Assembly: GCA_964106915.2 (NCBI GenBank)
Contig: OZ066923.1
Strand: one strand, 5' to 3'
Source: Podarcis gaigeae
Taxonomy: Eukaryota
DNA length: 64,000 bases
Part shown: piece after piece, positions 1-10,483 of the stretch
Position numbering within the stretch: position 1 is the first letter of the stretch
How the letters are laid out: every line of letters starts with the position of its first letter
Notes under the pieces: generated by a model
The model's database searches: none
What the model was told of the DNA's origin: nothing
What the model saw: the letters and a program-made list of their open reading frames with translations, nothing else
Made by a program: the position numbers and the translations under genes

Positions 1-448
1 AACAAGCAGTGACCAACTGTCAAGAGATCGGGGCCTCTGGATCTAATACAAAGATCCTTGCAGGGCTTTGTGGGTAGTCTGAGAGCGAAAGACAGCGAGC
101 AGACCCCATAGCAGCATCTGGGTCAGTGTAGGGCAGGTGCCAGTTGCTGCAACATACGGTACTTTCTCCCTACTTTTCCTTTTAAAATTGTTAGTTAGGT
201 CATGGATGGCCAGCCACATATATGGTTAAAGAGGCTTGCTTTATTATTTTTACTTTTTAGAATATTTTTCTTCTATGAAATGCTGCCTATTCTAAATATA
301 ATGTGGGTTCTGCTGCCTGATGCTAAACAGAACATCTTTTAGCAACACAGTCCCAATGGCGCTATGATAGAATCAGAGAATTGTATAGTTGGAAGGGACC
401 CTGAGGATCATCCTGTCCCTTTTGGAGTCTATGGTGTGTTAGGGGATG

Positions 449-663
449 GCAGTTTGAAAGCACGTCAAAGTGCAAGTAGATAAATAGGTACCACTCCGGC
501 GGGAAGGTAAACGGCATTTCCGTGCACTGCTCTGGTTTGCCAGAAGCGGCTTAGTCATGCTGGCCTGGAAGCTGTACACCGGCTCCCTCGGCCAATAAAG
601 TGAGATGAGCACCCCAACCCCAGAGTTGTCTGCTACTGGACCTAATGGTCCCTTTACCTTTAC
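449..663 (+). mobile_element. Sauria (Squam1) SINE, 5'-truncated
   Basis: Matches the 3' two-thirds of the full copy at 6262-6612; ends in the (ACCTTT)n tail. Confidence 0.92.
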
Positions 664-679
664 TCTCTGGTGAGGGTAC

Positions 680-912
680 ACATCATGCTCTTTCTGGGGG
701 AGTTTCTCCACCTATGGTCCCCACTCTGCTCTCAGTTCTCACCTGTGGCTCCTAGAAACTCTCAGCGTGTGACAGCAGCCACACCCTGGGGAAACGGCTT
801 TCACTGGTTGGCTAAACCAGGTGAGGGTGGTCGATGGGTTTCAAACCTTCAGTGAGTTAGGGACTTCCCCTGCATGCGAAGACAGACTCTGGCAGATTGA
901 GCGGAGAAGAAC
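680..912 (-). mobile_element. Probable RTE-clade LINE 5'-UTR fragment
   Basis: Reverse strand reads ccctcacctggtttagcc...ggtgtggctgctgtcacacgc...ggagccacaggtgaga, resembling 5' UTRs of amniote RTE elements (recalled, not searched). Confidence 0.45.
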
Positions 913-939
913 AAAAAGTTTCTCTAAAAAGTTGTTGTC

Positions 940-1209
940 ATTTTAGTGCACATTTCTCTGCATCTGCATGTTTGTTTGTGCGATTTTGCTTAATAGACAT
1001 TTAGCTGCAATTAATTTCCCCTCATACAATGCATTTTTTCCATGTTATTTTCACAGGTATTTGAATTTTTGTGTATACTGCCCCCTAATATATGCCTAAT
1101 TTGTGTACATTCTTTGGTTGGAGAAGTTCATTTCAAAATGTGGAGGTGTGATTTTTGAAGGCGTTCACATTCTAATGCCAATCAAACAATTTCTTTCCCA
1201 TACACCCTA
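940..1209 (-). mobile_element. Old non-autonomous DNA transposon, same family as 19118-19557 and 61736-62311
   Basis: Degenerate reverse-complement similarity to those copies; ends ...cccatacacccta. Confidence 0.5.
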
Positions 1210-1608
1210 CAAAACCGGCTTCTTATTCCTCCTGCAATATGGGCACACATAGCCCTCCCCCAAAATGTAGATAAGGCCAGTCATTCTTAATTTGCTGGGA
1301 AGATTCACAAAAAAAGCCTTATTTGAGTAGCTCTCCTATTAATATTTCCCCTCTACAGCCCTGTTCTTTGGTTAGGGTTAAATAACATCTGCTGTCTGCA
1401 CATAATCAAGATGAAAAGCTTTCATCACAATGTAAAAATATAAACCAATTCCAGTGTGTTATTTCAACCAGTCACTTGGAATTTGCACACTCTCCCAACT
1501 CTCAGCCTTTGCATTTAAAGGCTTATTAAATACCTTATTAGTATTACTGCAAAACCTATTAACATTCTTCATTGGAAAATAAAGATCAGCGAGATCTTAT
1601 GTTGCACT

Positions 1609-1663
1609 ACACACACACACCCCCACACACACACACCCCCACACACACACCCCCACGCAGACA
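1609..1663. repeat. Compound (CA)n/C-run microsatellite
   Basis: acacacacac-ccccc units repeated three times. Confidence 0.9.
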
Positions 1664-1785
1664 CTTGTTGTTGCTAATCTTTGCTAACGTTTCAGTTTCT
1701 CCATAAATCTGTGCAGGCAGACATTCAGTCCAGGCATGTCAAAGAAATTGTTCAACAAATAGTCACAAGGATAGTTTAATATATA

Positions 1786-1962
1786 CAGTGCTTTTTCTGG
1801 GGGGGGGGGGCGCAGGGAGTGCATACCCCTAAACATTTTGTGAATCTTTGTACTTTTGTCTATTTACTGTATTTATTTCCCCCGATTTGAACCATAAAAT
1901 GGTGATTTTCTTGAGTCAAAATGAGAGTCCCCCTAAACATTTTTTAAGGGAAAAAAGCACTG
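1786..1962. mobile_element. hAT-type MITE
   Basis: TIR CAGTGCTTTTT...AAAAAGCACTG; perfect 8-bp TSD AATATATA (1778-1785 and 1963-1970). Confidence 0.9.
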
Positions 1963-3074
1963 AATATATATAATCACTCCCTGCACTGAGTTGTTTATAA
2001 AACGGTATCCTTTTCCTTTCACCAGAAGGGCATGCGTAAGCTGCAGTTCATGAGGTATCGGGTGGGTGGTTCTCTTTCCTCGCCCCCCCCCATCCTCCGT
2101 CCCGCTAGGATGTTAGAGTACAACATAATTTACATTTGAGAAATAAATATTTAAATAGGAATACAACAGAAATTGAAACAAAGAATCTCTCTTCCACACG
2201 CTCATGAATCAATTAGTCTTCTATGCATGCAGATGTCGCCTCAGTTCAAACCCTTTAATATTTTACTCCATTCCATGAGAAAACCTGCCGACGCTAGTTT
2301 TTTAATACCCCATAAAAAAAAACCCTATAAACAATGCCATCACTTATTGTCTACTCAGCAGCTGGGGTTGGGAGCAATGTCAGGATCTGCAGAGTGTGGG
2401 GTGAGTTACTGGCTTTTTCTTAGCTGTTATTCCAGTAATCTGCTAAAACTGTTCGTACATTCCTTTTGCAGGCACTTCCTGTTGGTTGTTTCATAGATCT
2501 TATGTTTAAGGTTCCCCGCCTCGCCACCCGCATGAACCAATATGATATCCGATTTTCCAAATAAAAATGAATAGAAGGACACCCGAGGAACAGCTAAATC
2601 AATATGCAAGGATGGTTAGCTGCGTTTTGTCCTCAGACGCATGGACTATTATGAAGCAAATGAGAGACACTAGTGCAATTTTCCATTTCCATTTCAAAAG
2701 CCCTCATTCACCTTAACCAGGCCATAACATAGGGCAAGACCTTAATTGAAAATGGTTGCGATCAGAATGGGTAAAACACAAAACAGCTGCTTTTATTTAT
2801 TCATTTAATTTTAAAGTGGGGAGAGGGGAGGGAAGAGAAAAGCACTATAATTCCCATCGCTGAGTTCATCATGGTACAATACACATTTATGGGACAGGAA
2901 ACAAGCTGCAGCGGATCCAGTTGTTTGTATAAAGGGGTTGCCACCCAAAAGTCATGGGGACAAAGTATGAATATCAAAATAATCATTAATGTGTGCTCCT
3001 GTATGATGAGCAGCAGGCAGCCAGGTTGGGGAGCCATGTTAATTTCACACTGGGACAATGTGGAAATTAAAATA

Positions 3075-3160
3075 GTGTAGAATCTTAAAAGGCGAACAAA
3101 CTGATTATGCCGCAAGCTTTTTTTTTTTTTTTTGGACTCGAAGTCACTTCCTCAGATGCA
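3075..3160 (-). mobile_element. Penelope-like element terminal-repeat remnant with a degenerate hammerhead ribozyme motif
   Basis: Minus strand: tgcat-CTGAGGA-agtgacttcgagtcc-(A16)-gcttgcggcataatcagtttgttcgccttttaag, resembling lizard PLE repeats that carry minimal hammerheads. Confidence 0.65.
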
Positions 3161-3267
3161 CAAAGTGAGATCTTAGTTAGCAGCTGTATAAATGAGAAAA
3201 TAGTGAGGTGGGAGTTGAATGGCAATGAGATGTGAGCATTAGTCAGTGATAACTGGAGCTTAAATAT

Positions 3268-4488
3268 ATGTGTAATAATGCACTCTGTGTGAGGCTGTCT
3301 TTGAAGGTGACTTGGAAACTACAACTAATACAGAATGCGGCAGCTAGACTGGAGCAGCCACTGAGACCACATAACCAGTCCTTAAAGGCTCCCAGTATGT
3401 TTCTGAGCACAATTCAAAGTGCTGGTGCTGACCTTAAAAGCCCTAAATGGCCTCAACCCAGCATACCTGAAGGAGCGTCTCCATGAAGGAACATTCTTCC
3501 ACCTCTGGTGGACTTGTCCCAGGGTGAAGGTCTTCTGGGAAATGATATATAATGAGCTGAAAAAGGTATTTAAGTATACCTTCCTTAAGAAACCAGAGGC
3601 CTTCCTCCTGGGCATTGTCGGCCAGATGGTGCCAAAGAAGGACCGAACATTCTTTTTGTACGCAACAGCAGCAGCAAGGATACTTATCGCCAAGAAGTGG
3701 AAAACTCAAGACCTACCCACTCTGGAAGAATGGCAGATGCAGCTGATGGACTATATGCAACTGGCTGAGATGACTGGCAGAATTCGAGACCTGGGAGAAG
3801 AGAGGGTTGAAGAAGATTGGAGGAAATTTAAGACTTATTTACAAAAATATTGTGATTTGGTGGAAAGTTAAGTAGGATGTTTGATCATAAATAATTGGCC
3901 ACCACAAAATCGGATCGAAATGGGATGTAAAGTGAGATTAAGAGAAATTAATTTACAGAGGATTATATTTAAATAAGTGGTTATAAAATTTGCAAATTAG
4001 ATGATAAATTGCTGGGAAAAATTTATGATGATGAAAATGGCAGCGGGAGATGTGAGGAAGTCCAAAGAAGTCATGAAACTCTGTTGAGATAAAAGAAAGG
4101 TTGTTTATCTTTGTACTTTATTTTGTAAAAACCCCTAATAAAAATTTATTAAAAAAAAAAAAAAAATGAAGGAGCGTCTCCACCCCCATCGTTCACTGAG
4201 GTCCAGCACCGAGGGCCTTCTGGTGGTTCTCTCACTGCGAGAAGTGAGGTTACAGGGAACTAGGCAGAGGGCCTTCTTGGTAGTGGCACCCTCCCTGTGG
4301 AACACCCTCCCATCAGATGTCAAGGAGATGAGTATAACCTTTAGGAGGCATCTGAAGGCAGCCCTGTATAGGGAAGCTTTTTAAGGTTTAACTTTAATGT
4401 TTTACTATGTTTTTATATTATGCTGTAAGCTGCTCAGAGTGGCTGGAGCAACCCAGTCAGATGGGTGGGGTAAAAATAATAAATTATA
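3268..4488 (+). mobile_element. L2-clade LINE 3' fragment, interrupted by an L1/Tx1 insertion
   Basis: Peptides KLQLIQNAAARL, LKALNGL..YLKERLH and RQRAFLVVAPSLWNTLP are typical of the L2 ORF2 C-terminus. The two halves (3268-3483 and 4167-4488) rejoin at the TSD. Confidence 0.85.
3484..4166 (+). mobile_element. L1/Tx1-clade LINE, 5'-truncated (ORF2 C-terminus, 3' UTR, poly-A)
   Basis: Uninterrupted EGTFFHLWWTCP...AARILIAKKWK...EEDWRKF to stop at 3871; AATAAA at 4137; A16 tail; perfect 16-bp TSD TGAAGGAGCGTCTCCA (3468-3483 and 4167-4182). Confidence 0.92.
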
Positions 4489-4533
4489 AGCACCCCTTTC
4501 ATCTTTTACAGCAGTAAATCAGGGATCACTGAC

Positions 4534-5035
4534 CATAGCAGTCAACCGTCCCTTATTTGGCGGGAAAGTCCCTTATCCCAGTGCTGTGTCCCGCTGCTGT
4601 CCCTTATTGATGATGTCCTTTAAATTTCCCGGTTTTCGAAGGAAGCAGCTTCTCTCCCTCCCTCCCTCCCTGCCGGCCAGGGAGGAGAGAGGCTCCAACT
4701 GTGTTGCTTGGCTGCGTTGCTCACCCAATAAGGAGCCTAAGAACAACTGGGGGTGGAGCTTGCATGCCTTGTGGCAATCAAATTGGCCGCGTTGCCTGGG
4801 GACTCGCCTTTGCTCAGCGCTTCCCAGCTGAGAGGTGACAGTGGTTTTCCTTGCTGCATCCCCTTTGCCGGGTTGCTGCACTGTGGGAACCACCGCTTGA
4901 GGCTTCGTTTGCCTGCTGGCTGGGCTTTCTGCCTTTGGCTTGGAGGGGCTCAGAGGTTGAACATACCTGTGCTTGGAAAATCCCTTATTTTGGCTGCTGA
5001 TCCCTTATTTTCAAATCTGTAAGTTGACAGCTATG
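4534..5035. mobile_element. hAT-type non-autonomous DNA transposon
   Basis: TIR CATAGCAGTCAAC...GTTGACAGCTATG; perfect 8-bp TSD TCACTGAC; subterminal repeats of TCCCTTAT at both ends. Confidence 0.92.
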
Positions 5036-6039
5036 TCACTGACTGTAGTAACACCATTGTTGGGGGCAGGGGACCTTTAAATACAATCACAGGTAGCACT
5101 GACATCCTGGCATCGATAAGCTGGTTAGCACAAACAACAAAGGCCCTGCCTTTGGGCTTACAATCTCTAAAGACAGGAGACACACACACACATACAGAAA
5201 ATGGATGGGGAGGGAGGAGAAAACAAGCAAACTTAGGTATATATTAACATAAAACATTTTTTTAACTTATGCCAACCAACGTTTATGGGAAGCCTGACAG
5301 CCAAGCCAATATTAGTAAAAACACTGGAACAATGCATGTGCGAAGAGGCTCAAATCCCGCTTAATCAATACATTGTGCAGCAGCAACCTTTTTCACGGGG
5401 CTTGTGATTCTGGAGGTCCATTCAGAGTGTTATTCTTATTGATGCTACTTCGGGAGAAATTTAACATTGTGGCTGCAGATCCAGCTTTCCAGCACATTCT
5501 GGGAACTGCCTGAGGTTGCCATGTGCTGCTGCTGGACCTGGCTTTGCTAAATATCTGGTAGGCCTTGAGAACAGCTTTGTGCAGTAACTCATTATTCTCC
5601 AGAGTACATATAAAGGAGCAATATATTAATCACAAAAATCAGATTAAAGAGAGAGGGAGGGGCATTAACCACCAGTATCAAATAACTGGAAGATGAAGTA
5701 TCTAATTATGCAGTTATGTCTAAATTGACTGATTATACTAGCACAGAAGACGGGAGACAAAACCAAACTACATTCCTATTTGGATGGAAACCTTACCTTG
5801 AGTATTGGCAGAATAAGGTGCCAAGCTCTAATGACAAACAGAGCAATCCTATGTTGGATGGAGGGGGGGAGTGATGTGGCACAGCCTTGCGTTGGCCAGG
5901 CAGGAAGCGAGGGGACAACATCTGGCATGAGGGAGGAAGGCACAGTATACAGAGTTGGATCATTGATCCACCAAGCTCTGTATTGCTTACACTGACTGGC
6001 AGCATCACTCATTGTTTTTTGGGGGGGCAGGGTCTTTCA

Positions 6040-6113
6040 GGGTCTCTCATCTACTGGGGATGGAGCCTGGGACCTTTTGCAGGAAAAGCGTGGGCTCTGC
6101 CACTGAGCTACAG
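6040..6113 (-). mobile_element. tRNA-derived SINE head, old
   Basis: Minus strand ctgtagctcagtggcagagc...aaggtcccaggctccatcccc has A/B-box remnants; same family as 55961. Confidence 0.6.
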
Positions 6114-6261
6114 TTCTTGTCTTTCTCCGTTTTCTAAAAAGCCTGTCCTTGCTGGGAATTAAACAGCTAGGTCCAAGATAGTGTAGTTGAGAGGTCTGGT
6201 CCTGGGGCATCCTGCAAGAGCAGAGGGGCTTGGGATACAAGGGATCCTAGGGCACCTTTAA

Positions 6262-6612
6262 GGGACGTGGGTGGCATTGTGGGTTAAACCACAGAGCCTA
6301 GGGCTTGCCTATTAGAAGGTCGGCGGTTTGAATCCCCGCGGCGGGGTGAGCTCTCGTTGCTCAGTCCCTGCTCCTGCCAACCTAGCAGTTCGAAAGCATG
6401 TCAAAGTGCAAGTAGATAAATAGGTACTGCTCTGGCGGGAAGATAAACGGTGTTTCCGTGCGCTGCTCTGGTTTGGCAGAAGCGGCTTAGTCATGCTGGC
6501 CACATGACCTGGAAGCTGTACGCCGGCTCCCTCGGCCAATAAAGCGAGATGAGCGCCGCAACCCGAGAGTCGGTCACAACTGGACCTAATGGTCAGGGGT
6601 CCCTTTACCTTT
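6262..6612 (+). mobile_element. Sauria (Squam1) SINE, full length
   Basis: GGGACG..GGTGGC head with B box GGTTTGAATCC; ACCTTT tail; TSD TAGGGCACCTTT (6248-6259 and 6613-6624). Confidence 0.95.
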
Positions 6613-6914
6613 TAGGGCACCTTTGCCCCATTTCAGCATCCCCCCTTCTTTGCCCCATTTCAGGATCCAGTACAAGCTACGGCTGGTTCAGATGCTGCCC
6701 ATGGTAGATCCATGCCTGCAAATTCTTCAACAGGCACTGTCAGGGATTTTGTGGTGGACATATCCCCCTACTCCAAATCAAGTTCCTTTCCACTAGTGGA
6801 GGGGAACCTGTGCCCCACCCTAACCCCTTCCAGATAGCAGATCTGGGGGGTGAGGATGCACTTCCAACTTGTTTTCATTCTTATATTAGAAACGCATTTC
6901 TTTCTTTTCTGATT

Positions 6915-7100
6915 TAAGACCTCCGGGAGACCAAGGTTCAAATCCCCCCACTCAGCTACAAAGTTCACTGGGTGACTGTGGGCCAGCCACTGTTTCTCAA
7001 CCTAGCCTACATCACAGGGTTGTTGTGCGGGTTAAATAAGGGAAGTAGAGAAGTATCTCAGCCGCCTTGAGCTCCTTGGAGGAAATTATATAAATGGGTA
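6915..7100 (+). mobile_element. Squam3/MIR-like SINE, diverged
   Basis: ggttcaaatccc B box, ctgggtgactgtgggccag core and gccttgagctccttggagga 3' part. Similar old copies at ~11255-11440, ~21820-21975 and ~49750-49890. Confidence 0.7.
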
Positions 7101-9524
7101 AACTAAAATAGTTAAAATTATTTTCATAACAATAAAACACAAATTAAAAATAAATTTATCTTTTTAGAAATGTAGAAAGGTCCTGAAAGTGAATTGCGCC
7201 ACGGCCAAAGCAGAGTATTGCAAAGATAAGCCAGTCTTTATAAAACGCCCAAACAATGGGGATATCTTTTCTTACTGTAAAAGAACACGTGAAACAGACC
7301 GACAATCTCCCTTATTCATGCAAGGATGGATTTTTGCATTTACATTTCGCCTCACCCACCCGCCTAGCAAAAATCCTCTAGGCACAGCGTGCAAAATAGA
7401 ACTACAGCTCCCACAATCCATTGTGCCCTGTGGTGGCGGAAGAACAGAATGCTGGGAATAGTAGTTCTAGTGTTTCCTTGCTCCTGGCTTCTTCAAGTTA
7501 GGATTTCGAAACACCTGTACCTCATCTGAGGAAGTCCACCCCCCAAAAAATAAATACCAGCCCATAGCCTTCGCCCCGCCTTCAAAGCATGCAGCTAATG
7601 CATTTCCTACTTGAGAGTCAGCCAGCCAGAAGAAACTTGTGGGCAAAGCATGTTCCAACTGTAAAGGTAAGGAGCTTTTAGTGTTTCGGTTGAATGAATC
7701 TTGCATTGGAGAGAGAGGCTGCTGACTTAGAACCTGAGCTCATTCAATTGGTAATAAAGTTAATGATATTTTAAGGGAGCGGGGTGGTTGAATGCCTGTT
7801 TCCTTATATAAACACGTGGAAGAGGTTCTCTAGAGATTCAGCATTCCTAGGAACTGGGGGAGTATCTGTGTTCTCCCCGCAATTTCTAAATGAATCAAGA
7901 AACCTCATTTGCGATTGCAGCCTTTTGACCCCGAGAATGAATGAAGCTGACTTCTGGCTGCAGCTGCACGGTATAGTTTTTGTTATGCCTCTAAAATTGC
8001 TTTTGCTCCCCTTGCGGTTGATTTGCTGGGCTTCCAAATGAGGAAACGGACGACACGTGTGTGGTACCTGTGTTCCTTCCTAGCTGGCTGTTGTATTAGT
8101 GTCGTTTTAAGAGCAGCATAATGGGAGGTATTTGGAAAAGGGGCTGAAAAAGGTGCTGTTCTGATCCACGGGGTTTAATGTGACCTTGTGCACACACACC
8201 CTGGTGTGTGTGTGTGGGGGGGTGGGGCTTCTTAAGTTAATTATGGGGGCAGTGAGGAGCAGTGAGAAATCTTTTCCAGTCCACCTTCTGAGGGTGGGGT
8301 GGGGGCAAATGCCAGTGGTGAGCAGGGTTAAAGGCAAAAGTAGCTAGGGTAATAAATTTTAATTTTTGTCTTTGTACTGTAGGCTAGTTTCTACATGTTT
8401 GCACATATCTCTCTGTCCTGCATCCAGGTAAACAAAAAGCGCTATTAGTTTGTGGCAACATTCCAGCCAGGCAAAAATACTTGAGCTGGGCTTGTGAGGG
8501 GTGTGGTCTGGGGGGGAGGCTGTGGGCCTGAAAGAGCAGCTTGAGGGGCAGCCTTTGAGGGATGAACTAGGACCTCAATACCTGGGTCCAAGTCTTCACT
8601 CATCCATGCATCTTAGGAAGGACAACCTTGGGAGAAGGGCAGCCTCGGGTCATTTGCTGTCTCTCAGACAAGATGACAGCGCAATTTTTATGGAATTGCG
8701 TCAGGCAAAAATATCTATTTTTTAATTAATGCTCTTGTTTTCTGGAGGAGTGGTGTTGGCACAAGGATGGGCTCCTGCCAAGCAGCGCTCGACTTTTCTC
8801 AGGCCATTTTTGGCACTGTGGTGGCTTCCATGCCAGGGTGATAACAAGAGAAGAGAAGCTCACAGGGGTGAGCTGGTGGTCATGAGGTTAAAGCTCTGCT
8901 TGCAGGGAAGATGAAACCGGAAGTTCAGAAGGTCTGCTTCTGGCCTTTAGTTCCTCCTCTGCTTGCATCTCAAGTTGCCTTTCAGCGGAAAGCAGTTCCT
9001 TGTCCCCCCTAGATGACTGTAAATGTGGCCAGGCCAGCCTCCGCTTGCCGGAATGGAAGAGTCTTTGCTCACTTGTAGAGGTTGTACTTTGCATCTCCAG
9101 GCAGAGCTAGGAAAGATCCCTATCTGAAACCTTGGAGACCCATGGCCAATCAGTGTAAACAATACTGAGCTTAGATGAACTACCAAGGCAGCTCTCTGTT
9201 ACCTGCATGGGCTGATGGAGGATCAGGTAGGCTATGACGTGTCATGGATCCCAACTCTTAAGCACTTCCTCCAGGATCAAAAAAATTAGCTGCCTGCACA
9301 GGCCTGTCTGAGACCAGCTGATCGTTTAGGTTTGTGTCACAGGTATGTTTCCAAACCAAACACACAAATGAAAGGAAGCCAAGAAGCTGCCTTAGTCCAA
9401 ACGGAGCCATTTGTCAGTTCAGTATTGCCTCGGTTTGACTGGCAGCTTCTTTTCAGGATTTTTGGCAGGAGCATTTGTTAGCAAATTCACTTCAATGGTG
9501 CACTGAATTCACATTGCTTTAGAG

Positions 9525-9662
9525 CAGGGTTCCTCAAGCTTAGAGGGTCTGCAGCTGGTTTTGGACCACAACTCCCATCCTCCCTAGCTAGCATGACCAG
9601 TGGTCAGGGATGATGAGAACTGTAGTCCAAAACCAGATGGAGATCCAAGTTGGGGAACCCTG
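9525..9662. mobile_element. Palindromic hAT-type MITE
   Basis: CAGGGTTCCTCAAGCTT...AAGTTGGGGAACCCTG with internal hairpin symmetry; 8-bp TSD CTTTAGAG/CTTTAGAA. A related hairpin element follows at ~9675-9806; others at ~7380-7470, ~17165-17222 and ~54555-54685. Confidence 0.8.
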
Positions 9663-10325
9663 CTTTAGAACATCTTTCCTAGCATAATGCCCTCCACATG
9701 TTTTGGACTAGGACTCCATCAGTCTCAAGCAACATGGCTGTGCCAGCTGGGGCTGATGGGAGTTGAAGTTCTAAACATCTGGAGGGTGCTAGGTTGGGGA
9801 AGGCTGTTTTGCAGTAAGGCTGACTCTGGCCAGTTGACCTACAGGACACAAGTGCTGAGTTTAATACATAAATGAGGAAAAGTACCAGCTGCAGCAACAT
9901 AGCAAGCATTGTCTTGAGGTCAGAGAGCGAGACACGTTTTTAACTGATGACAGAGAATAATGTGGGGTCACTTTTGCTTGTTTGGCAGAAAGCAATCTAT
10001 GAGATCTGAAACCAAAGCAGCAATGCTTAAAAGAATTGGTGTGGTGCTTATGTTAAAAAATGTGTCTACTAGATTTGACTGCTCTGATAACTGAATTGTT
10101 TTTGGTATTAAAACACCAGAGGGCTATTAAATAATATTTGTGTGAGAAGTTGGCAAAACCAGCCTAAAGTGCCTCAGATATCCTAAAGTATTAGTGCTAA
10201 GGTGGCAGCAGCAGTAGCATAATAAAAGTAAAAATAAAAATAGTAGAATCACAGAACTGTAGAGTTGGGAGGGGAAACCAAGGGTCATCTAGTTGGAACC
10301 CCCCCCCCCCACAATGTAGGAATTA

Positions 10326-10483
10326 CAGTTATACCTCGGGTTACAGCCGCTTCAGACCGGGTTACTTCTGGGTTTCTGCGGTCACACATGTGTAGAAGTG
10401 CTGAATCTCAACCCGCGTGTGTGCAGACACGGGTTGCAAACATGCATCCCACATGGATCACATTCGCAATCCACGGTACAGCT
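10326..10483. mobile_element. Tc1/mariner-type MITE, diverged
   Basis: TA|CAGTTATACCTCGGGTTAC left end related to the 37971 family; decayed right end. Confidence 0.6.

Noticed and set aside
3419-3871. 150-aa ORF as a host gene
   Set aside because: Fully explained as an L2/L1 ORF2 fusion bounded by a TSD and poly-A tail; it starts at GTG.
7520-7540. CATCTGAGGAAGT as another hammerhead core
   Set aside because: No downstream stem II/GAAA or PLE flank; likely chance or a minimal remnant.
7560-7672. Upstream non-coding exon ending AAG|GTAAGG
   Set aside because: Only a donor consensus is present; such matches are common and nothing else supports it.
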